A stretch of 64,000 nt of DNA from a virus. The notes beneath the pieces were generated by a model. It searched no databases. It was not told the DNA's origin and saw only the letters and a list, made by a program, of their open reading frames with translations. Below are positions 56,279-64,000 of the stretch, in pieces. Position 1 is the first letter of the stretch, and every line of letters starts with the position of its first letter. A program made the position numbers and the translations under genes. The stretch lies in IMG/VR virus record IMGVR_UViG_3300020196_000003; one strand, given 5' to 3'.

Positions 56279-57029
56279 TACATCAATCTCTGACGAAAAC
56301 AACTTTAAAAACATATGTAAATTTGCATGTGAAGATAATTATATTTTTAATAATTTTAAATCTAACCCTTCATTTAATCAGATATTAGAACACACAACAT
56401 ATGAACAAGGAGTTGGGTATATAAACGAAATAGAAAAATTAACAAAGATAGATATGTCGTTAATTGAAAAATTTAAAACTAACGATATACAAGGTAACCC
56501 AAAACAGTTTTGGTATAAAGAACCTTATGGTAATGTATCCCCATCAACATTAAGGTATATTAAGGTTTTAAACGATTTAATCACATTATTCGGTAACCTT
56601 GACGATATGTCAATTGTGGAAATAGGTGTGGGTTACGGAGGACAATCAAAAATTATACAAGATCATTTTAATATAAAAGAATATAACTTTGTTGATTTAC
56701 CTGAAGTTTTGGGACTCACAAAAAAATATTTAGATATGTACGATTACAAAAATCTTAATTTTTTAAATTTTAATAATCTACCAAATAAAAAATACGATTT
56801 GATAATATCAAATTATGCTATTACTGAGTGTAGTAAAGAAATGCAAGACATTTACATCGAAAAGATAATTTATAATTCAAAGCATTGTTATATCACCGGA
56901 AACGATATTGGTGATCATTTTAATTTAAAAAATTACAATAAAGATGAGTGGGGTAAAAAAATACCTAACTCAATTTTTACAGAAGAAAAACCATTAACTC
57001 ACCATAAAAACTATATATTATATTTTTAA
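56253..57029 (+). CDS. Putative sugar O-methyltransferase
   Basis: SPSTLRYIKV, IVEIGVGYGGQ, VDLPEV, ISNYAITE. Confidence 0.75.
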   Translation: MKTENSLSNTSISDENNFKNICKFACEDNYIFNNFKSNPSFNQILEHTTYEQGVGYINEIEKLTKIDMSLIEKFKTNDIQGNPKQFWYKEPYGNVSPSTLRYIKVLNDLITLFGNLDDMSIVEIGVGYGGQSKIIQDHFNIKEYNFVDLPEVLGLTKKYLDMYDYKNLNFLNFNNLPNKKYDLIISNYAITECSKEMQDIYIEKIIYNSKHCYITGNDIGDHFNLKNYNKDEWGKKIPNSIFTEEKPLTHHKNYILYF

Positions 57030-57032
57030 ATT

Positions 57033-57827
57033 ATGGATATTTTTAATATGAAAAGTCAAATTTTTCTACACAATGGGTCATCAACTGTTAACCAAACACC
57101 GAAGTATTTTAAATGGGATTTTTTTAATGGTACAGGTGAGTATGATTTCTATATCGATGGTGGGATTATTAATGGTATTAATAATAGATTAGACGGTAAT
57201 AAAAAAGTTTTATGGACACTAGAATCACCGTACTTTAATAATGGGGTTTTTGATTATATAAAAAATAATTTAAAATTAGTTTTAGACGTTTTTGATTATA
57301 TTTTCACATATAATGAGGAGTTATTATCGCTTAGTCAAAAGTTTTATTTTGTACCCGCAATGGGGTCATGGATAAAAGAGCCTATGATGTGTGATAAAAA
57401 AAAATTAGTATCAATGGTAACGTCAAATAAAACTTTTACAGAGCAACAAAAACTTAGGTTTGATTTCGCCAACAACCATAAAGATAAGATTGATGTGTAT
57501 GGTAGAGGATTTAATGAAATACATAATAAAGAAGAAGGTTTATGTGATTATATGTTTTCCGTTTGTATTGAGAACGCAACAATGGACACATATTTTACTG
57601 AAAAAATATTAGACTGTTTTGCAACCGGAACAATACCAATTTATAAAGGGTCTAAAAAAATAATTGATTATTTTGATAAAGATGGTATTCTTTTTTTAGA
57701 TGAGATAAATATTAACGATTTAAGTGAAGATTTATATCTGTCAAAAATAGAGTCAGTTAAAAAAAATCTATATTTATGTAAAGAATTTATATTACCTGAA
57801 GATATTATATATAAAAAAATAAAATAA
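57033..57827 (+). CDS. GT10 alpha-1,3-fucosyltransferase-like protein
   Basis: YMFSVCIEN..YFTEKILDCFATGTIPIYKG. Confidence 0.85.
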   Translation: MDIFNMKSQIFLHNGSSTVNQTPKYFKWDFFNGTGEYDFYIDGGIINGINNRLDGNKKVLWTLESPYFNNGVFDYIKNNLKLVLDVFDYIFTYNEELLSLSQKFYFVPAMGSWIKEPMMCDKKKLVSMVTSNKTFTEQQKLRFDFANNHKDKIDVYGRGFNEIHNKEEGLCDYMFSVCIENATMDTYFTEKILDCFATGTIPIYKGSKKIIDYFDKDGILFLDEININDLSEDLYLSKIESVKKNLYLCKEFILPEDIIYKKIK

Positions 57828-57828
57828 A

Positions 57829-58518
57829 ATGAAAGTAGTTAGTTTTTCACTTTTTGGTTCGGATCCACTATACACCATAGGTGCTGTTAAGAACTCTGAA
57901 TTAATGTTTAAAATATTTCCGGAATGGAAAATGTGGGTTTACCATGACGACACAGTACCAAATGAAATATTAGATAAATTAAAAAACAATAATGTTAAAC
58001 TAATAAAATCCGAAAATAATGGGTTTTATAGGTCTATGTGGAGATTCTACCCCTGTGGAAATAAATCTGTAGAATACTTTATATCTAGAGATGCTGACTC
58101 AAGGATTTCTCTAAGAGATAGGGCATCGGTATATGAATGGATAGATTCTGGAAAAGATTTTCATATAATTAGAGACCACCCAGTTGGTCATTCGTGGGTT
58201 ATTAATGCGGGTATGTGGGGTTCTAAAGGTGGGTCGATAGATATAATACCCTTGATAGACCGATATAATAATAATCCCCACGAAAAGTTTATTGACCAAA
58301 TATTTTTAAGGGATATCATTTACCCGATGACTAAAACATCTAGATTAGTGCACGATGAGTACTTTAATTATGAAGGGGATTGTCGTAAAATAATGAGAGA
58401 TAGAAAAATAGATGACTTCGCATTTATTGGTGAATCTATAGACATTAACGATCAATCAAGGTATACTACAAATCCAGGGGATCAAAGAAAAACAATAATA
58501 GAAAGATACACAAATTAA
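57829..58518 (+). CDS. Putative glycosyltransferase (GT-A-like)
   Basis: SFSLFG, MWRF, SRDADSR, FHIIRDHP, AGMWG, DQIFL. Confidence 0.6.
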   Translation: MKVVSFSLFGSDPLYTIGAVKNSELMFKIFPEWKMWVYHDDTVPNEILDKLKNNNVKLIKSENNGFYRSMWRFYPCGNKSVEYFISRDADSRISLRDRASVYEWIDSGKDFHIIRDHPVGHSWVINAGMWGSKGGSIDIIPLIDRYNNNPHEKFIDQIFLRDIIYPMTKTSRLVHDEYFNYEGDCRKIMRDRKIDDFAFIGESIDINDQSRYTTNPGDQRKTIIERYTN

Positions 58519-58523
58519 AGAAA

Positions 58524-59218
58524 ATGGATTTTACTTTTGGTATAGTGACTAATAAACATATAAGTGATTTGTTTGATGTGATACACTCAATAGACCAACA
58601 AAAAATCCCTAATTATGAAATTATAATAGTAGGTGGGGATATGGGGTCATATAACCATCCAAAAATTAAACATATACCGTTTAATGAATCTTCAAAAACA
58701 GGATGGATAACAAAAAAAAAAACTTAATAACTCAAAATTCTATTTTTGAAAACATAGTTTTTCTACATGATTATATCACATTTTCAGATGGCTGGTACAG
58801 TGGTCAGATATTATCAGGTAATTATTTTGACATAAGAATGGATATTATATTAAATAAAGACGGTAGTAGATTCAGAGATTGGTGTCTATGGCCTCACAAT
58901 CAAATAAATCACGGACAATCAACTGAAGACATAATTAAAAGTTCTGCACTATTACCATATGAAATAAATAATTTAAATCAATTCCAATATATATCGGGAA
59001 GTTACTGGATTTCAAAAAAGAAAGTGATGGTAGAGTTTCCACTAAATGAGGATTTGACATGGGGAGAGGCGGAAGACGTGGAATGGTCTAAAAGAGTGAG
59101 GTTACATTATACATTTACCATGAATACTAAATCTATAGTACAATTTAAAAAACAAAAATCAGTGGTTTTTAACCTCACAACAAATGAAATAATAAAAAAA
59201 TTAGATGAATTAGTATGA
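58524..59218 (+). CDS. GT2-like glycosyltransferase split by a frameshift in an A11 tract
   Basis: 58524-58727 (YEIIIVG..GWITKKK) continues in another frame as NLITQ..FLHDY..EDVEWS; one extra A at 58712-58722 joins the two halves. Confidence 0.7.
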
Positions 59219-60570
59219 TAAAGTTAATAATATTTGATCTAGACGGTGTTTTAGTAGATGCTAAAATTATACATTTTAATTCTTTAAATGATGCGCTAGG
59301 ACCTAATTACTCTATAGATTGGTCGGAACATTTAAGTAAATACGACGGATTAAAAACTAACCAAAAATTAGAGATGTTAACAAAAGAAAAAGGATTACCA
59401 ATTGAGGATTATGACAAGGTTTGGAATGAAAAACAAAGATTAACATTATTAAAGTTAGGGTTGTTGTCTCCGTCAATTGAGTTACAAAATTGTATGAAAA
59501 AATTATCGAATGATGGTTATAAAATCGCATGTTGTAGTAATAGTATTCGTAAGACCGTATTGACGGTACTATCTAAATTGGGGATTATCGAATATTTTGA
59601 TTTAATTCTATCTAATGAAGATGTTAAAAATTCAAAACCTCATCCTGAAATTTATTGGAAAGCCGTTTCTATGATGGGATATCTACCTGAAGAAACTTTA
59701 ATTGTTGAGGATTCACCATATGGTTTATTGGCCGCTAGTAGATCTAAATCGAACATAATGAGGGTAAAGTCACCAAAGGAAGTTACCTACAATAATATAA
59801 ATAAACACCTTGGAGAGACAAAAATGAACACAACACTTAAATGGAAAAATGATAAATTAAATATTTTAATTCCAATGGCCGGCGCAGGTAGTAGATTTGA
59901 ACAAGCAGGATACACCTTCCCAAAACCACTAATTGAGGTTAAAAATAAACCTATGATCCAAGTAGTAGTTGAAAATTTAAATCTTGATGCGAATTATATA
60001 TATGTGGTACAAAAATCACATAGAAAAAAATACAATTTAGACATATTATTAAATTTGATAACACCCAATTGTACTATTGTTGAAACTAAAGGATTAACTG
60101 ATGGTGCAGCATGTACAGCACTATTAGCGAAAGAATTTATAAATAACGAGAATCCATTATTCTTTGCAAATTCAGATCAATTTGTTGAGTGGGATTCAAA
60201 TGAGTTTATGTATAAAATGCAAGAGACTGACGCCGATGGTGGTATTGTCACCTTCACCGCAACTCACCCAAAATGGTCTTTTGCTAAAGTTGATGAAAAT
60301 GGTTTGGTAACTGAAGTGGCAGAAAAAAAACCAATATCTAACACTGCGACTGTAGGATATTATTATTGGAAACATGGTTCGGATTTTGTTAAATATGCAG
60401 AACAAATGGTAAATAAAAATATAAGAGTAAATAAGGAATTTTATGTTTGTCCTGTTTTTAATGAAGCAATCAAAGACAATAAAAAAATTAGAACATTTAA
60501 TATAGAAAAAATGTGGGGATTAGGGACACCTGAAGATTTAAAAAATTACTTAGAAAATTTTAAAAAATAA
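59215..60570 (+). CDS. HAD phosphatase fused to a sugar-phosphate nucleotidyltransferase
   Basis: FDLDGVL, KPHPEIY, VEDS; IPMAGAGSRF..PKPLI, EKK, GLGTPEDL. Confidence 0.85.
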   Translation: MIKLIIFDLDGVLVDAKIIHFNSLNDALGPNYSIDWSEHLSKYDGLKTNQKLEMLTKEKGLPIEDYDKVWNEKQRLTLLKLGLLSPSIELQNCMKKLSNDGYKIACCSNSIRKTVLTVLSKLGIIEYFDLILSNEDVKNSKPHPEIYWKAVSMMGYLPEETLIVEDSPYGLLAASRSKSNIMRVKSPKEVTYNNINKHLGETKMNTTLKWKNDKLNILIPMAGAGSRFEQAGYTFPKPLIEVKNKPMIQVVVENLNLDANYIYVVQKSHRKKYNLDILLNLITPNCTIVETKGLTDGAACTALLAKEFINNENPLFFANSDQFVEWDSNEFMYKMQETDADGGIVTFTATHPKWSFAKVDENGLVTEVAEKKPISNTATVGYYYWKHGSDFVKYAEQMVNKNIRVNKEFYVCPVFNEAIKDNKKIRTFNIEKMWGLGTPEDLKNYLENFKK

Positions 60571-60572
60571 AA

Positions 60573-61112
60573 ATGAATATCGTCATCCCAACATATAATA
60601 AACATTATCAATACAACATTAATTTTTTAGATTCATTTGATTTATACTGTTTAGATAAAAAAAACGATTATGTAATGTTAATTGTAGGTGAGGTTGATTG
60701 CCGAGTTCACCTACCAAAACAAATTCAATTGCAAAGTAGACCAATTGATGAGGTAATTATAGAATGTGTTGATAGATTTTTTAGAACCTATTTAGACCTA
60801 AAAGAAAGGGGATATAATGTAATTGGTTGGGGTGGCCACCCATCAACCATATCAGGACCTAGCGAAAACCCCTCAGAACCTATTATTGGGGATTGTCGTT
60901 TTAGAAATACAATAAGTTTAAAATGGGACTCATATATAGAATCTTTGTTTATTGAAAACAACATACCGCACGTTTCAATAATTAAAGACCTTATAGGTAT
61001 TGACGGACTAACTAAAATGAATTACTTTATGGATTATTGTCATTTAAAACATGACTTAGTTAAAGAAATCATACAAACAAAATTTAAAGAAATTGGAATC
61101 TATGTCTACTAA
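60573..61112 (+). CDS. Probable deletion chimera: glycosyltransferase N-terminus joined to an SGNH-hydrolase C-terminus
   Basis: MNIVIPTY.. start joined at an A8 run to GEVDCRVH..DYCHL; the catalytic GDS block is missing. Confidence 0.5.
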   Translation: MNIVIPTYNKHYQYNINFLDSFDLYCLDKKNDYVMLIVGEVDCRVHLPKQIQLQSRPIDEVIIECVDRFFRTYLDLKERGYNVIGWGGHPSTISGPSENPSEPIIGDCRFRNTISLKWDSYIESLFIENNIPHVSIIKDLIGIDGLTKMNYFMDYCHLKHDLVKEIIQTKFKEIGIYVY

Positions 61113-61800
61113 AAAAATATTTGTTAAACAACATTTAGGATTGGGGGATAATATTGTCCATAATGGGATGGTAAGGAAGATTTCTGAGGATTACCCTGAA
61201 TATGATATTTACGTACCCGCAAAATCACACAATATAGATAATGTTAAATTTATGTATCGGGACATCAATAAGATTAAAGTTGTTGAGATAAATAACGATA
61301 ATGATATGGATAGGTACACATTAACGAATAGATTTCATAAAATAATTTCATCGTTTCTAATAGGTCAAAAAACATTTGATTATTCTAAGGACTTTGATGA
61401 CTCATTTTATATGATGGCCGGATATGACCCAAAAATCAAACACGAATATTTTCATATCGAGAGGGACATTAATGAGGAAAATAGGGTTTACCAAGAATTA
61501 ATATTAAATAATAATATTAGTAATTATGTTTTTATACACGAAAAAAAAGATGAAAACATACTAATAGATAGACGTAAAATTAATATTGATTTGCCAGTAA
61601 TTTATGCGGATAGAAAATACAAAACTTTTTCATTATTAAAGGTAATTGAAAACGCAAAAGAATGTCACATAATTAGTAGTTCTTTCCTTTCACTACTAAT
61701 GTGTTATAAACTTAATAATAACGTTTTTGCCCATATGTATTCCGATAGGGTTGAACTTAGCGAATATATTAGTAAAAATGGCATAAAAGTAATTAAATAA
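61102..61800 (+). CDS. GT9-like / GT-B glycosyltransferase
   Basis: HLGLGDNIVHNG, IENAKECHIISSSF. Confidence 0.6.
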   Translation: MSTKKIFVKQHLGLGDNIVHNGMVRKISEDYPEYDIYVPAKSHNIDNVKFMYRDINKIKVVEINNDNDMDRYTLTNRFHKIISSFLIGQKTFDYSKDFDDSFYMMAGYDPKIKHEYFHIERDINEENRVYQELILNNNISNYVFIHEKKDENILIDRRKINIDLPVIYADRKYKTFSLLKVIENAKECHIISSSFLSLLMCYKLNNNVFAHMYSDRVELSEYISKNGIKVIK

Positions 61801-61821
61801 ATAAACAATTAAATAAATAAA

Positions 61822-62130
61822 ATGGCTGATACTTTAGGTAATGTTATCGACAAATTAGTTACCGTTGATATGAAGATGTGGACTAATCAAGAGTTATTAT
61901 ATGAAATAAGAAGAATGACTTTTGATGAATATAAAGAAAAATATTTTAACGATGAAGAGGGAGCTCAAAAACTTTGGGAAACCTTAAAGAAAGCGACCGA
62001 TCTGAATGTTCAAAGAAACCAACTAATCAATGAAGTTGACGAAAAATTAATCGAACTAATTAACGCTAAGTTTTCAGGTGAGGATCTTGATAACGGTAAA
62101 TTTTTACAACGATCTCACAAGACATACTAA
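61822..62130 (+). CDS. DUF4254-like helical protein
   Basis: TLGNVIDKL..DMKMW..Q..LNVQRNQLINEVDE. Confidence 0.6.
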   Translation: MADTLGNVIDKLVTVDMKMWTNQELLYEIRRMTFDEYKEKYFNDEEGAQKLWETLKKATDLNVQRNQLINEVDEKLIELINAKFSGEDLDNGKFLQRSHKTY

Positions 62131-62376
62131 TATGAAACAATCCCATTTAGTCTTGCCGAGTATCAAGGATTACAAATTTTTAACGATCACATATCATATG
62201 GAAATATAGATTTTATGAAAAAATATTCTGATTTATGGAACTATATGCACAGAATATATATAGAACATAATTTTGACATATCACATGCTGAAAAAGTTTT
62301 GAAATTTTATTTAGAAAATTATGTCACAACAGAAATAAACACAACAAGCAATATAAATTATAATATATTAAAATAA
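62131..62376 (+). pseudogene. C-terminal remnant of a glycosyltransferase-like gene
   Basis: Open frame IPFSLAEYQGLQIFNDHISYGNIDFMKKYSDLW..HAEKVLKFYL; the ATG at 62132 is out of frame. Confidence 0.5.
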
Positions 62377-62380
62377 CATT

Positions 62381-63271
62381 ATGGAAAAGGATTTTTTATT
62401 TTTTAACTACTCTTGGGTGTGGGGATCAACAACTTACTTTAAATATTTTGAAAAGATGGGTCATTCTATTGATATTGTTGATGAGAATACCATTCATTAT
62501 TTTAACCCAACCGTTAGTTATAAAAATGTGGTTGTTTATTTGCACGAACCGAATCAATTGCGTAGAATAAATTCTTTATTAGATAATCAACTGAGAAATA
62601 GTTTCCTTATCCAACACGACGATACCGATGAAGAACAATTACAAAGATGGACAATCAGAGAACCTGATATATTCATGCAAAGAGAATTGACAGATAATAC
62701 ACATATAACAACAAAATCACCTGTTATACCATTTCATTTCCCAATGAATAGTATATATGATGAAAATATAACAGATAAACCATATGATATATCTTTTATT
62801 GGTAACATGACAAATCCAAGAAGAAGACCTTTTGTTGATTACATTATTAATTTATCACAAACGACTTTAAGTCATCTTAATTGGTATATAGATGTTAATG
62901 GAGCAAATTACAAACCAGGATTTGCAACTGAAAACTTTAGAAATATTACAAACCAATCTAAAATTGGTCTCCATTATTTTGGTAATTCCTACGACTCAAT
63001 TAGGATTTGGGAAATCCTATCTTGTAAAACCGCATTATTAATGCCAAAAATGAGAAGTCATTCCGTTGACTCAAACCACATGGAGTTGAGTAACTATGAA
63101 ATATTTAATGATGATTACTCCAACCTTGAGGAAAAAATAAATTATTTGTTAGAAGACAATAGATATCTTGATTTAGGGTTAAGAGGTCATGAGGAATTTA
63201 AATCAAACCATAATATTGATAAATGTTGTGAATACTATTATAATTCAGTAATGAAAGTTGCCAGAAAATAA
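62381..63271 (+). CDS. GT-B glycosyltransferase (CgeB-like C-terminus)
   Basis: YDISFIG..RR, SKIGLH..DSIRIWEILSC. Confidence 0.75.
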   Translation: MEKDFLFFNYSWVWGSTTYFKYFEKMGHSIDIVDENTIHYFNPTVSYKNVVVYLHEPNQLRRINSLLDNQLRNSFLIQHDDTDEEQLQRWTIREPDIFMQRELTDNTHITTKSPVIPFHFPMNSIYDENITDKPYDISFIGNMTNPRRRPFVDYIINLSQTTLSHLNWYIDVNGANYKPGFATENFRNITNQSKIGLHYFGNSYDSIRIWEILSCKTALLMPKMRSHSVDSNHMELSNYEIFNDDYSNLEEKINYLLEDNRYLDLGLRGHEEFKSNHNIDKCCEYYYNSVMKVARK

Positions 63272-63283
63272 CTTACTGAATTT

Positions 63284-64000
63284 ATGATAAAAATCTATGA
63301 ACCTTATCTAAATAAAAAAACATTATCTTACGCTCACGAAGCGTTAGATTCTACTTGGATCTCATCTCAAGGTTATTATTTAGATGCTGCAAAAGAAAAA
63401 TTGAAATCAATTTTAAATGTTAAATGGATTGTATTAACAAATAATGGTACCACGGCAACTCATTTATTGTCAAAATCATTAATCCATAAAAACCCTAACA
63501 TCAATAACATTATTTGCCCTAATAATGTTTATGTCGCCGCTTGGAATTCATTTTTATATGATAATCATTTTAATTTAAAACCGATTGATACCGACATAAA
63601 AACTTGGAATTTTAACGAAGATTTAATCAATCCTAAAAAAAACGACGCCATTTTAGTTGTTCACAATTTAGGTAACATAGTTAATGTACCTAAACTACAG
63701 AATAAATTTAAAAACACTTTAATTGTTGAAGATAATTGTGAGGGATTTTTGGGAAAATACGATGACCATTATTCGGGAACTAAATCACTTTGTTCTTCAG
63801 TTTCTTTTTTTGGTAATAAGACAATAACAAGTGGTGAAGGAGGTTGTTTTATAACAAACGACGATGAAACATTCGAGTATATAAATAACATCAGAAATCA
63901 GGGTCAATCAAGTGAAAAATTTATACATAACAATTTAGGTTATAACTATAGAATGACCAATATACAAGCAGCAATTCTATATGGTCAGTTAGAGATTATG
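63284..64000 (+). CDS. DegT/DnrJ/EryC1/StrS sugar aminotransferase (perosamine synthase-like), partial
   Basis: Runs off the right edge so it is absent from the ORF track; WISSQG, NNGTTATHL, VEDNCE, SFFGNKTITSGEGG (PLP lysine), GYNYRMTNIQAA. Confidence 0.9.
   Translation, partial: MIKIYEPYLNKKTLSYAHEALDSTWISSQGYYLDAAKEKLKSILNVKWIVLTNNGTTATHLLSKSLIHKNPNINNIICPNNVYVAAWNSFLYDNHFNLKPIDTDIKTWNFNEDLINPKKNDAILVVHNLGNIVNVPKLQNKFKNTLIVEDNCEGFLGKYDDHYSGTKSLCSSVSFFGNKTITSGEGGCFITNDDETFEYINNIRNQGQSSEKFIHNNLGYNYRMTNIQAAILYGQLEIM

Noticed and set aside
62128-62376. Stop-codon readthrough or an alternative genetic code joining the DUF4254-like gene to the downstream frame
   Set aside because: The stop is TAA, and all other genes are intact in the standard bacterial code; a deletion remnant is simpler
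50907-64000. Host LPS/capsule locus beyond a prophage boundary
   Set aside because: No flippase, polymerase, transporter, membrane proteins, integrase or att site are seen; the genes are contiguous with phage-type exonuclease and dUTPase at similar composition
1-64000. tRNA or rRNA genes
   Set aside because: Intergenic gaps are short and AT-rich and I saw no cloverleaf or T-loop signatures; tRNAscan-SE would confirm

Overview
This AT-rich window comes from a large tailed dsDNA phage with a contractile tail, most likely a jumbo myophage. A Bacteroidota-like host is inferred only from the A-rich leaders lacking Shine-Dalgarno sites and from the gene content. Positions 1-25 kb hold a tail/baseplate/neck module: baseplate proteins, tape measure, a tail assembly chaperone with a probable +1 frameshift, tube, sheath, tail terminator and neck proteins. 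Interleaved with it are an intein-containing SNF2 helicase and a three-domain Mn-SOD fusion. A family B DNA polymerase follows at 25-28 kb. From 28 to 64 kb lie Pro/Thr- and Ser/Thr-rich putative virion proteins, including a 359 x Gly-X-Y proline-free fibre, among roughly 15 glycosyltransferase and sugar-modification genes. Two of these belong to families known to glycosylate proteins: a GT60 polypeptide GlcNAc-transferase and an AAH/TibC-like autotransporter heptosyltransferase domain. The best candidate for an undescribed system is a phage-encoded virion-protein glycosylation ('glycan coat') system with its acceptor proteins. Part of it sits on a ~10.7 kb inverted cassette (about 33996-44720) whose two junctions carry orphan fragments of homologous genes. 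All family assignments come from motif recognition by eye; no database searches were run.
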